Shown: positions 8,697 to 17,725, counted from the stretch's first letter. The stretch is 64,000 bases of DNA from Candidatus Roizmanbacteria bacterium RIFCSPHIGHO2_02_FULL_40_13b (GCA_001789445.1 MFZQ01000013.1:4596-68595); one strand, 5' to 3'. The notes: generated by a model from the sequence alone, not told the origin. Numbers and translations are program-made.

Positions 8697-8912
8697 GATC
8701 CTCCTTGTGAAAGATGGGTCAGTACATTGAAAAGTTTTTCTAACGAATTTTTTAGTAGGGTAGGCCATCCGTCAACTTTCACTAGTTGCCGAGATGACAA
8801 TGCCACAGTCTTCGTAGCCTCCCGCATGCGGTGTTACGAGCTGTCGGTGTCCCGTTTTCATATAAAAGAAAAACTTTCTATATGATCCTCTTTTGTTAAG
8901 GAGGGTCTTTTT
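8697..8912 (+). ncRNA. candidate small non-coding RNA (unclassified)
   Basis: Bounded by a consensus promoter and an intrinsic terminator. The only reading frames are 9-19 aa. The 5' gatcctcc can pair with 3' ggagggtc. Confidence 0.25.
8884..8912 (+). terminator. intrinsic terminator
   Basis: gatcctc / gagggtc 7-bp stem (one G-U pair), 10-nt loop, then ttttt. Confidence 0.5.
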
Positions 8913-9012
8913 GCACGATTTGTTTCCCACCGTTTTTATAATTACGAATACTTACTTGAATAGCTAACTAATATAGTTTTTGTTCATTTCTTTTATAAAT
9001 TTATAAACCTCT

Positions 9013-10365
9013 ATGCAGGATAAAAAAAAGACCGCAGAGCCCGCCGACTCATATTTCGGAGAGGATGCGCATCCGATCGTTATAGAACCCATATCTGTTG
9101 AAAATACAGTCACGGATTCTTCATTTAATAATATTCCGCCACAAAAAATGGCTACAACGGAAGAAATTCCAGAGACTGTTTCTGAACCAACTCCAGATGT
9201 GATTGCAGTTGATAGCAATGATCTGGGCGAGCGAATCAAAGATGACTTGAAAATGGCATTTCCAGGTAGTGGGGTGCTTGAAATTACCTACAATGGCTTT
9301 GGTTTTTTGCGCCCAAAATTCACGCCTACAAACGATGACATTTACGTTTCCCAGTCACAAATTCGAAAATTTTGGCTGAGAGCAGGGGACTTTGTGGAAG
9401 GCCTCGTGCGACCACCAAAGCAAAATGAGAAATTTCACGGACTTCTCAAAATCGAAAAGATCAATGGGAAAGAGATGACAGATATGGAAAGCTATAAGCG
9501 ACCACGATTTGACGACCTTACCTCTCTCTATCCGGACCGCCAAATAGTTCTGGAAACAGAAAGCGATGTTATGTCCACACGCATCATGGATCTTATCTCG
9601 CCGGTTGGATTTGGACAGCGCGGAATGATCGTATCGCCTCCAAAAGCAGGGAAGACCACGATTCTCAAAAATATTGCGAACGGTATTACCACGAATTACC
9701 CAGAGGCGCACCTCATCGCTATTCTTATCGGAGAACGGCCAGAAGAAGTGACGGACCTTACCCGCTCGATTAAAGCGGAAGTTGTTGCATCCCACTTTGA
9801 CGAGTCTCCCCGAGAACAAATTCGGGCGGCAGAAATTGCACTTGAACGGGCAAAGCGGCTTGTTGAAATGGGTCGCGACGTCATCATTCTTCTTGATTCC
9901 GTCACGCGCTTAGCTCGAGCCTACAACTTTTCAGTTGAAACATCTGGTCGAACCCTTTCTGGGGGATTTGACCCGGCCGCACTCTACCCAGCTAAAAAGT
10001 TCTTGGGAGCGGCGCGAAATTGTGAAGAAGGCGGAAGTCTCACGATTCTGGGAACGGCACTTGTCAACACAGAATCACGCATGGATGACCTTATTTATGA
10101 GGAGTTCAAAGGAACGGGAAATATGGAAATTCATCTGGATCGCAAGTACGCTGAACAGCGCATTTATCCAGCTTTTGATATTCAAAAATCAGGCACCCGC
10201 CATGATGAGCTCCTTCTTTCCAAAGAAGTGATGGAGAAAGTTGCCATGCTTCGCCGCATGTTGGCGCTTCTTTCAGACGATGAGCGCCTCACGATGCTCA
10301 CTGATAAGCTTGCGAAGAGCAAAACGAATAAGGCGTTTTTGGAGGGATTGAAGAATTTGAAATAA
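9013..10365 (+). CDS. rho: transcription termination factor Rho
   Basis: GFGFLRP RNA-binding region and the PPKAGKTTILKNIANGI Walker A. The first ~85 aa are acidic and low-complexity. Confidence 0.9.
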   Translation: MQDKKKTAEPADSYFGEDAHPIVIEPISVENTVTDSSFNNIPPQKMATTEEIPETVSEPTPDVIAVDSNDLGERIKDDLKMAFPGSGVLEITYNGFGFLRPKFTPTNDDIYVSQSQIRKFWLRAGDFVEGLVRPPKQNEKFHGLLKIEKINGKEMTDMESYKRPRFDDLTSLYPDRQIVLETESDVMSTRIMDLISPVGFGQRGMIVSPPKAGKTTILKNIANGITTNYPEAHLIAILIGERPEEVTDLTRSIKAEVVASHFDESPREQIRAAEIALERAKRLVEMGRDVIILLDSVTRLARAYNFSVETSGRTLSGGFDPAALYPAKKFLGAARNCEEGGSLTILGTALVNTESRMDDLIYEEFKGTGNMEIHLDRKYAEQRIYPAFDIQKSGTRHDELLLSKEVMEKVAMLRRMLALLSDDERLTMLTDKLAKSKTNKAFLEGLKNLK

Positions 10366-10387
10366 CACTGTCATCGTACGGAACAGT

Positions 10388-10499
10388 TGTCATCCCCGAC
10401 CTGATCGGCCTTGCCTGCCGGCAGGCAGGGGATCCATTTGAATAGATTCCCGCCTCCGCGGGAATGACAATAATGTCATCCCGAACTTGTTTCGGGATC
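10388..10499. repeat. family-A element with a nested 14-bp perfect palindrome core (about 20 bp allowing one G-U position), plus an adjacent single-hairpin variant
   Basis: tgtcatccccgacctgatcgg[ccttgcctgccggcaggcagggg]atc..gattcccgcctccgcgggaatgaca, followed by tgtcatcccgaacttgtttcgggatc. Confidence 0.8.
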
Positions 10500-10744
10500 C
10501 CACACGATCCTCACATCCCATAATATTCATGTTATAATCAGCATAGTAGTTTTTGAAGAAAAATTAGTTCGTGCACATGACTTTGCGCGCACGAATACTC
10601 GTTTTTCACCCTGAAACACGTTGCTCTTTGACATTTTGCGGAAAACAACTGGCGCTTTTGCCAAACCCACACGTGGCTGAACCAGCTTCAGAATACCAGA
10701 GCAATCCGGCTCACAACCTAACCATCCACATAGGAGGACACAAA

Positions 10745-11104
10745 GTGACATACGAAGAGGTAACAAAGACCATCGTTCTCGTCTGGGCAATCCTGATTAT
10801 TACGATCGCTTTCTTTGCCTTCCCGCCAGGAGTGGTGGTGAATATGGTGGTCACGTTGTTGATGTTTGTCAACGTGATCTTCCTCGTTCGCAGAATGCAA
10901 ACGCACGTGCCGTCAACCGAGCTGGCCAAGGCGTACTTGGTCTGTGTTAACCTTGTGGGAACTCTTATTGGGCTGTTGTCCATCACGAAGTTTTCACGGG
11001 TGACAGCAGAGGTTTTCACAGCGATCATGTTGATCATCCTTGGCCGTGCCGTCCAGCGCATATTCATCCCTGCAGTTCCACCTGACAAGGAGAAAACGAC
11101 GTGA
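10745..11104 (+). CDS. hypothetical small multi-pass membrane protein
   Basis: GTG start 7 nt after AGGAGG. Three to four TM helices. Lies in a visibly GC-richer islet. Confidence 0.4.
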   Translation: MTYEEVTKTIVLVWAILIITIAFFAFPPGVVVNMVVTLLMFVNVIFLVRRMQTHVPSTELAKAYLVCVNLVGTLIGLLSITKFSRVTAEVFTAIMLIILGRAVQRIFIPAVPPDKEKTT

Positions 11105-11406
11105 GCGCACGAGAGATACAAGATGTCTCGATCCTGGTTGGACTGATCACGTCGACCTGGGTCTTCTTTTTCGCCCTGTTTAATCTCATCTCGATCTGGG
11201 ATGGGGAACGGTTTTTTACTAGGAAGGAGAAGATGTTGACGACCACTTTATGGATCGTCATGCTGGCGATTGATATCTTCAAACCCTGGAAGCCGGGTTT
11301 GTCATGGGCCCAATGGTTGAGCACAGATTTACTGGCGATAATCGCTATCCTACTGATGAGATCGGTACCCAGTGGGTCAAGCGAACAGCCAGAGGGGCCG
11401 TTGTAA
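11101..11406 (+). CDS. hypothetical small multi-pass membrane protein
   Basis: GTGA start/stop overlap with the preceding ORF. Three TM helices. Confidence 0.4.
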   Translation: MSAREIQDVSILVGLITSTWVFFFALFNLISIWDGERFFTRKEKMLTTTLWIVMLAIDIFKPWKPGLSWAQWLSTDLLAIIAILLMRSVPSGSSEQPEGPL

Positions 11407-11604
11407 GGATCTAGAGCGGGGAAGTTTTCCGTGAACTAAATATGCTTGTCGAAGAGCAAAGGGGCACCGGCGAGGTGTGAATGATGACGAATTCGTTCGT
11501 CTAAAAAAATCATTCATGTCTTTCCGGTGCCCAGTTGCTTTATATGCATATACTAGGAGATAGTATATTTGGTGATTATACTGTTACCCAGTATGTGTAA
11601 TTCT

Positions 11605-11677
11605 GGATTCCCGCCTCCGCGGGAATGACAATAATGTCATCCTGGAACGGAGGCTGAAGGCCGCAGTGATAGGATCC
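11605..11677. repeat. family-A half element plus tgtcatcctgg variant hairpin
   Basis: ggattcccgcctccgcgggaatgaca followed by tgtcatcctggaacgg...gataggatcc. The same arrangement occurs at 58321-58353. Confidence 0.7.
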
Positions 11678-11798
11678 CAGGTTTGAGATTCTATCGTCCC
11701 GCTCTGCGGGACTCGAAACAGGTATCTACGCTCCTTCTCCCATACTCCCAAACCTTCTCTCCCGACCTCCCATACCCCCAAACTCCCATACTTAACTC

Positions 11799-11828
11799 TT
11801 GACAAATATTTATCACATACTCTATACT
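11799..11828 (+). promoter_or_regulatory. sigma70-like promoter TTGACA-18-TATACT
   Basis: ttgaca at 11799-11804 and tatact at 11823-11828. The gdhA ATG lies 10 nt downstream. Confidence 0.5.
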
Positions 11829-11838
11829 ACATGGTAGT

Positions 11839-13179
11839 ATGGATCCTTTTAAAAATGCACTCTCATTCCTAGACGATATAAGCTCATATCTTTCACCCGC
11901 CGATAAGCCCTATTTAGCCCGTCTTAAAAATCCAAACCATGTTCATAAGGATATACTCCAGGTGAGTATGGACGATGGCTCAAAGAAGGATTTTCCTGCC
12001 TTTCGTTCCCAACATAATAATGCACTTGGGCCGTACAAGGGCGGAATCCGCTTCCACCCCGGCGTGACAGAAGCCGAAATAAAAGCACTTTCATTGTGGA
12101 TGAGTTTAAAATGCTCCATTGCGGGCTTACCATATGGGGGTAGTAAAGGGGGGGTAATCGTTGACCCAAAAAAGCTATCAAAATCGGAGCTAGAATCGCT
12201 TTCTCGGGCGTATGCTCGCTTTCTGGCCCCACACATCGGGGAGCATGTGGATGTGCCAGCTCCGGACGTAAACACAAATCCCCAGATAATGGCATACTTG
12301 CTTGATGAATATGAAAAAGTGATCGGACACCACGCTCCAGGCGCCTTTACAGGTAAACCCTTGATACTTGGGGGGAGTATGGGAAGGGATAAAGCAACTG
12401 GATATGGAGGAGTGCTTGCCCTCAAATTCCTGATAGAAAAACTAAAATCAAAACATTCGGGCGGGTCACAGACCGCGCCCCTACATAAAGCTCCATCCTC
12501 TGATACTCCTACGTGGTATATGAAGCCTATTTCTCAAATAACCGTCGCCGTTCAGGGATTCGGGAATGTCGGCTACTTTTTTGCAAAGATTGCTTCAGAA
12601 CAGGGGTTTCGAGTCGTTGCGGTCTCTGATTCCAAAGGAGCTACATACCTGGAAACCGGCCTAGATCCAGTGGCGACAATGGAATGTAAGCGTCAGAAGG
12701 GGAGTTTGGCAGGGTGTTATTGTAAAGGAGGCGTGTGTGACCTCAAGGGAGGGACTATGATGTCAAATGAGGATCTTCTACAATTACCAGTAGACATACT
12801 TGTTCCAAGCGCACTTGAAAACGTCATCACCAAAGATAATACCTCCAAAATCAAAGCCTCTGTAATCGTTGAAATGGCAAATGGACCGATTACTTCAGAA
12901 GCCGATCATCTCCTTACTTCAAAGAATGTGTTGATAATACCTGACATTTACGCAAACTCCGGGGGAGTATCAGTATCCTATTTTGAATGGGTACAAAACC
13001 TGATGGGGTATTATTGGACGGAAGAAGAAGTGGACGAGAAACTCGAAGCGCTTATGAAAACGTCGTTTAATAAAATGTTTAAAAGAAGTGAAGAGGGTAC
13101 AATCTCTTTACGAAAGGCGGCGTATTTAGTTGCGGTTGAGCGAATTATTGAAGCAGAACGAATGAGGCGACCCTTATAA
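11839..13179 (+). CDS. gdhA: glutamate dehydrogenase
   Basis: KGGIRFHP, GGSKGG and QGFGNVG motifs. An extra segment (SKHSGGSQTAPLHKAPSSDTPTWYMKP) precedes the Rossmann glycine motif. Confidence 0.9.
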   Translation: MDPFKNALSFLDDISSYLSPADKPYLARLKNPNHVHKDILQVSMDDGSKKDFPAFRSQHNNALGPYKGGIRFHPGVTEAEIKALSLWMSLKCSIAGLPYGGSKGGVIVDPKKLSKSELESLSRAYARFLAPHIGEHVDVPAPDVNTNPQIMAYLLDEYEKVIGHHAPGAFTGKPLILGGSMGRDKATGYGGVLALKFLIEKLKSKHSGGSQTAPLHKAPSSDTPTWYMKPISQITVAVQGFGNVGYFFAKIASEQGFRVVAVSDSKGATYLETGLDPVATMECKRQKGSLAGCYCKGGVCDLKGGTMMSNEDLLQLPVDILVPSALENVITKDNTSKIKASVIVEMANGPITSEADHLLTSKNVLIIPDIYANSGGVSVSYFEWVQNLMGYYWTEEEVDEKLEALMKTSFNKMFKRSEEGTISLRKAAYLVAVERIIEAERMRRPL

Positions 13180-13180
13180 T

Positions 13181-13266
13181 GAGATATTGAGCTCGATACG
13201 TTATTTCTCGCATCAAAGGGGCCCTCCCAATGGTGTGGGTATCCCAGTGATACTCGAAATAAGCGC
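13181..13266 (+). repeat. family-B element directly after the gdhA stop
   Basis: gagatattgagctcgatacgttatttctcgcatcaaaggggccctccc.. closely matches (a handful of mismatches) the reverse complement of 61123-61212. Confidence 0.75.
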
Positions 13267-13307
13267 ATCATCGCTCAATATAACCACTCGCCGTACGAGT
13301 AAAATGT

Positions 13308-13404
13308 TGTCATTCCCGCGGAGGCCGAAGGTCCCCTTCAGGGGGCGGGAATCTATGGATCCCCTGCCTGCCGGCAGGCAAGGCCGATCAGGTCGGGGAT
13401 GACA
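13308..13404. repeat. family-A element with nested inserts in both hairpin loops
   Basis: The tcccgc..gcggga loop carries gccgaaggtccccttcagggg. The ccccga..tcgggg hairpin carries cctgcctgccggcaggcaagg. Confidence 0.8.
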
Positions 13405-13444
13405 CTAGTAACAATTTAACAATTTAACAATTTAACCAAACCAT

Positions 13445-13675
13445 ATGGCACAAACGAACATAGATAGTCGAATCAATCGGTTGGTGGGGCAAATAGAGGG
13501 GATTAGGCGCATGATTAATGGCGGGCGCGATTGTGAGGATGTTGTGCAACAAATTTTGGCAGCTCGGGAAGCACTTTCCAAAATTGGCCTCCTTGTTCTC
13601 AAGGAAGGAATTTGCAAAACCTCAAACGACCGAAAGTCAACCGAGGAAATTCTGGAAAAAGTATTTCGGATCTGA
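13445..13675 (+). CDS. CsoR/RcnR/FrmR-family metal-sensing repressor
   Basis: RINRLVGQIEGIRRMI...DCEDVVQQILAAREAL pattern, 76 aa. Confidence 0.7.
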   Translation: MAQTNIDSRINRLVGQIEGIRRMINGGRDCEDVVQQILAAREALSKIGLLVLKEGICKTSNDRKSTEEILEKVFRI

Positions 13676-13702
13676 AGACTGTGTTATAATGAACATTGCC
13701 GT

Positions 13703-14797
13703 ATGTTTTCTTGGTCAAATTTCTATTCTGAAATTGTTGAATTTACCCGATTTCTCATTACCTATTTTAAAGGACACTTCTTTGCATATGGAAATAGGTT
13801 CGAAAAAATAAAAGGCATTATTGTTGCACTCCTTGTTGTTAAACGAGGAAAGTACTCGCAGTCGTTCCTTAATACGTCCTTTTTCTTACTTTTAGGTGCT
13901 GCAATTATCGCCGGACCTGCTATTGCCCAAAATAACCCGTTTCTTGCCGACTATCTTAATCAGTCTGCGCCCATTGCTTCTGATAGTGTTATCGATATTG
14001 ATGTGTATTCTCAATCGACAAACACGGCGATTTCTCAAAAACCCCGAGATAGGATTATTGAATATGAAGTTAAAGGGGGAGACACCATAGATTCCGTCTC
14101 AAAAAAATTTGACATAAGCATTGATACGGTCAAATGGGAAAACTCATTGACATCAGATATTATTAAACCAGGCCAAAAGCTTCAAATTTTACCTGTTTCG
14201 GGAGTGGCTCATAAAGTAACTTCTGGGGAAACAATTTATTCAATTGCAAAGAAATATCATACGGATGCACAGGCGATCGTTAACTTTCCGTTTAACGACT
14301 ACTCTGATCCTGATACCTTCGCACTCAACTCTGGGCAAACTCTCTTCGTTCCAGGTGGAGAAATTCGAGCGGTAACCTCGCCAGGAGTAAGAACGCCAGG
14401 AGGTTTTTATAGCGGACCAATTACTGCTGGAAAAGGCAGTGGAAGCTTCATTTGGCCAACAAGCGGTGGAATTACCACATACCCTGTTTGGTACCATATG
14501 GGGGTTGACATTGCTAATTCATCGGCTCCAGCGATTATTGCTTCTGACGGTGGCACGGTCTCATATTCAGGATGTTTGGGTTGGGGATATGGATGTCACA
14601 TCATCATTGACCATGGAAATGGCTACCAATCCCTGTATGGCCATCTTTCACACTTATCTGTGAGTCCTGGCCAGGGAATTGGCCGTGGCCAACAAATCGG
14701 AGTCATGGGTTCAACAGGAAGATCCAGCGGTGTGCACTTGCATTTCGAGATACGTCAAAATGGAGTATTACTTAATCCCCTCAACTTCTTAAAGTAG
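13703..14797 (+). CDS. LysM-domain M23 peptidase
   Basis: Two LysM-like repeats (GDTIDSVSKKFDISIDTVKWEN and GETIYSIAKKYHTDAQAIV). M23 motifs HMGVDIA and GSTGRSSGVHLHFEIR. Confidence 0.8.
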   Translation: MFSWSNFYSEIVEFTRFLITYFKGHFFAYGNRFEKIKGIIVALLVVKRGKYSQSFLNTSFFLLLGAAIIAGPAIAQNNPFLADYLNQSAPIASDSVIDIDVYSQSTNTAISQKPRDRIIEYEVKGGDTIDSVSKKFDISIDTVKWENSLTSDIIKPGQKLQILPVSGVAHKVTSGETIYSIAKKYHTDAQAIVNFPFNDYSDPDTFALNSGQTLFVPGGEIRAVTSPGVRTPGGFYSGPITAGKGSGSFIWPTSGGITTYPVWYHMGVDIANSSAPAIIASDGGTVSYSGCLGWGYGCHIIIDHGNGYQSLYGHLSHLSVSPGQGIGRGQQIGVMGSTGRSSGVHLHFEIRQNGVLLNPLNFLK

Positions 14798-16774
14798 TTA
14801 CTCTACCGCTGCTTCTGGCGAGGCTTCCACAGGTAATTCAATCTTTGGAGAAACTACAGCTTCAGGTTTTGTTGGAAGGTTTAATTTACTCTCGCTTGAG
14901 GCTTCCTTTTCATCGGGAGAAACAGGAACCTGTACTTTCTCGGTTGCTTTCTTCAAGGTATCCTTAAACATGGCAAAATCAGCCGTTGCCTTCTGATAAT
15001 CGGCACTATTTTTATCTAGAGATCTAAATATGTCTTGCATAATAACAATGGCTTTTTCATATTCTTTATTTTGATAAAATGCCCATGCTAAGTTATATCG
15101 CGCGTTTGCCCAGTCCGACTTAAGCGTTAATGCTTGACTAAACATATTTGCTGCATTGGGGAATTGTTGTAGTGAATAATATACGCCTCCCAAGGCAAGT
15201 CGTAATTGTGGATTTACGGGATCAGCCAGAATTGCTCGTTCGTATGAAGAAATTGCCCATGAATCCGCGTCTTGTGCAACGTTTACCAAGTTGCGGTAAA
15301 TGAGCGCTAGATTTTCCCAGTTTGCTGACTTTTGAGGATTTAGGGCAACTGCCGCTTTTGCTTCTTGAATTGCAATCTGAATTGTCTGAGTAATATTTTG
15401 TCTATCTTGTTGGCTTAAATTGTCCTTTCTTTGTAGCGCAATACTGTTTGCAATGAGTAAATTTACTTGGGCAAATGTTGTGTGATACTTTTCTATACTT
15501 GGATTAAGCAAGATTGCTTGTTGTTGTGGTCGGTAAATTGGATCAATAACTCCCTTAGGAAGTGCGTCAAGTGATTTTTTGAAATAGTATTCGCCCAAGT
15601 AATTGCGAACAAATCCGTACGATACGCTTGGAATAGTAATTGCGGCGAGGAATAAAATTGTCAAATAGAGTGGAAGGTTGTGTGCAAGATCTACTACCCA
15701 TGCTTTGCTTTCAACTCGGGACGAAATGATTCCCAGATACACGACTGACAAAAATAATACAGGTAGCGTAGGAGGAAATAATAAAAGAACAAGTACCAGA
15801 TATATTCCCGAAGCAGTTAATACGGAAGCATACTCATCTTTATTTTTAATTAGTTTTTTAAGCGTTAATCCTGTCTGTGTAAATATGAATAAAATAATGG
15901 CAAAACCGACAAGTCCCATTTCAGTCCAGATATGCAGAATGGCGCTTCTGCTGGTGGCGAAGTTCACGTTCCAATACGTTGAAGTATTATACGTTTCTGT
16001 TTTAGCCTTCGTAAATTGGCTGGAAAAATTATCGATTCCAGCTCCAAATACTGCTGTTTCCGGTTTTTTTAGTGTTTCAACAGCAGAAAGCCAGGAAGTA
16101 TCAACAGGAGGAAGGGTAATTAAATGATTTTTTACTGTGTAAAATCCATTTATCACAATTGCAATCAAACAGATTGCACCGATTCCAAGTAGTACCACAT
16201 TTCTACCCTTTTTTTTGAAAATTTCAAATATACCAACAATAGCAAAAAAAGAAACGTAGAGCATAAGATCTAAACTTGAACCGATGGGGGTAAATGTTGG
16301 TGACTTTAGGAATGTAAATACAGGCGGAAGTGTGTATGTTGCAAACGGATTTGTAAGAAAGATAAGTGAGAGGAACGAAATAATTCCGGCGCCAATAGCG
16401 AGCGCCATAAAGTTTGGCTTGTTGTTTTTGACAAAAAGGTATATCAAGACTAAAACAAGTACCGCAACGGGGCCAAACGGAAGTACGTTTATGGCTCCAA
16501 CTTTATTTGGAGTCGTGATTATCGTGGTAAGAATAGTTGATACAAGAAGTAAAAGTACAGACGTATCAAGAAGTGTATGGGAAATCGTCAGTTTTCTTTG
16601 AATGACGAATTTGATGAGAAGTGCTCCTACCAGTAAAATAATGAAAAATACGGTAAGTGCAAATTTGTTCAGACCGAATGCGTCTTGAGTGATAGGAAGG
16701 AAGAAGAGGGGAAACAGCACAAATAGTGCCTGAATAAGAAACATCTTTACTTTTTCAATTGCTTGTATGTTCAT
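14798..16774 (-). CDS. O-antigen-ligase-like polytopic membrane protein with C-terminal TPR repeats
   Basis: Many TM helices, a Wzy_C-like HIWTEMGLVGFAI segment and TPR-like repeats in the C-terminal third. Confidence 0.55.
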   Translation of the reverse strand: MNIQAIEKVKMFLIQALFVLFPLFFLPITQDAFGLNKFALTVFFIILLVGALLIKFVIQRKLTISHTLLDTSVLLLLVSTILTTIITTPNKVGAINVLPFGPVAVLVLVLIYLFVKNNKPNFMALAIGAGIISFLSLIFLTNPFATYTLPPVFTFLKSPTFTPIGSSLDLMLYVSFFAIVGIFEIFKKKGRNVVLLGIGAICLIAIVINGFYTVKNHLITLPPVDTSWLSAVETLKKPETAVFGAGIDNFSSQFTKAKTETYNTSTYWNVNFATSRSAILHIWTEMGLVGFAIILFIFTQTGLTLKKLIKNKDEYASVLTASGIYLVLVLLLFPPTLPVLFLSVVYLGIISSRVESKAWVVDLAHNLPLYLTILFLAAITIPSVSYGFVRNYLGEYYFKKSLDALPKGVIDPIYRPQQQAILLNPSIEKYHTTFAQVNLLIANSIALQRKDNLSQQDRQNITQTIQIAIQEAKAAVALNPQKSANWENLALIYRNLVNVAQDADSWAISSYERAILADPVNPQLRLALGGVYYSLQQFPNAANMFSQALTLKSDWANARYNLAWAFYQNKEYEKAIVIMQDIFRSLDKNSADYQKATADFAMFKDTLKKATEKVQVPVSPDEKEASSESKLNLPTKPEAVVSPKIELPVEASPEAAVE

Positions 16775-17019
16775 ACATTCTACAGTGTAGAATTATTTTT
16801 TTTATAAATCAAGAAGGAAGATGACATCCTATGAATCTTATAGTATACTATCCTCGAAAATCAGCTATATTTCACGAAAGCCGTGGTAAACCGTAGCTTA
16901 TTAGCACGCACGTTGACAGCAAGGAGGAGAAAAAAATCGAATAGTGAAAGGAATGAGAACGGAAGGGCGCAATTTTGCGCGAAGATGGACTCTGAAAAGA
17001 GAGAAAGGACTTACCGGCA

Positions 17020-17218
17020 ATGAGCCGCGAGTTATTCGACAGACTTATCAATAACATCTGCAGGGGGGGACGCTGGTCTCTTCGGCACGATGCACTTTCG
17101 CCTCGAGGACACGGTTTACCCGAACGAACTTGCTGGGTACCTGGCCAGGCTGAAGCCACTCGGGTACAGTCTAGGGTACGATCCAGACGGCGTGCTTGTT
17201 CTCAAGCATGAACCCTAA
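17020..17218 (+). pseudogene. small ORF interrupted at a G7 tract
   Basis: MSRELFDRLINNICRG runs into G7 (17063-17069). A tract of 6 G would continue as DAGLFGTMHFRLEDTVYPNELAGYLARLKPLGYSLGYDPDGVLVLKHEP. Confidence 0.25.
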
Positions 17219-17302
17219 CAACTAACCCCGCACCGCACCCAGACCGAGGCGTAAGCCGAGGTCACCACATCGGTCTCAAAGCCGGGAAGGACGAGTAGTT
17301 CA

Positions 17303-17524
17303 ATGGAGATTACACTCGAAGAATTGGTTGAGGCGATCTGTAGTCGTCGAATCAAGTCTTTCGACAGCATCGAAGCAGGTCCGTTCGAAGACTTGAATCC
17401 AGAGATGGTAGAGACCTTCAGACTGATGCTGAAGGAAAAGGGTTACACTCTCTGGCAGGGTAACGAAGAACACGCCCCAAAGATCGTGATGATCGCAAGG
17501 ACAGGTTATCGGAGAGGCTTGTAG
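17303..17524 (+). CDS. hypothetical small protein in a GC-rich islet
   Basis: 73-aa ORF with plausible composition, followed by a 10-bp-stem hairpin at 17551-17594. Confidence 0.3.
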   Translation: MEITLEELVEAICSRRIKSFDSIEAGPFEDLNPEMVETFRLMLKEKGYTLWQGNEEHAPKIVMIARTGYRRGL

Positions 17525-17725
17525 TTGGAACGGAGATGGGCGCGCATGTGGCCGCCAGAAGAGGACAGGCTTTGCCTGACACCGTTCTGGCGGCCCAAGC
17601 GCCTCTAACCCCAAACTCCCACACTCCCAAACTACTTCTTTTCCACTTTTCTCCTCCTTGCACACACTTAAAAATAAAATAGAGATTCTATCACCCCGCC
17701 ATGCGGGGTTCCAGAATGACAGTAT

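Noticed and set aside
8697-8912. Assignment of the orphan transcript to a known RNA class (T-box, SRP RNA, tmRNA, RNase P, 6S)
   Set aside because: A weak resemblance of uaggguaggccauccg to the T-box sequence sits in the wrong position relative to the terminator. There is no GNRA-capped SRP helix-8 motif, no tRNA-like ends or tag ORF, and no GAGGAAAGUCC. It is left unclassified.
9355-9819. 154-aa and 69-aa minus-strand ORFs inside rho, and similar antisense ORFs inside gdhA, leuS, the O-antigen-ligase-like gene and the fibre genes
   Set aside because: They overlap strongly supported genes on the other strand and show no motifs. They are typical shadow frames.
10571-10744. N-terminal 58 codons of the track ORF 10571-11104, or a riboswitch in the same stretch
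   Set aside because: The residues are non-hydrophobic and precede a clear AGGAGG-7-GTG start at 10745, so I treat the stretch as 5' leader. I could not match it to fluoride, guanidine or other riboswitch consensus sequences from memory.
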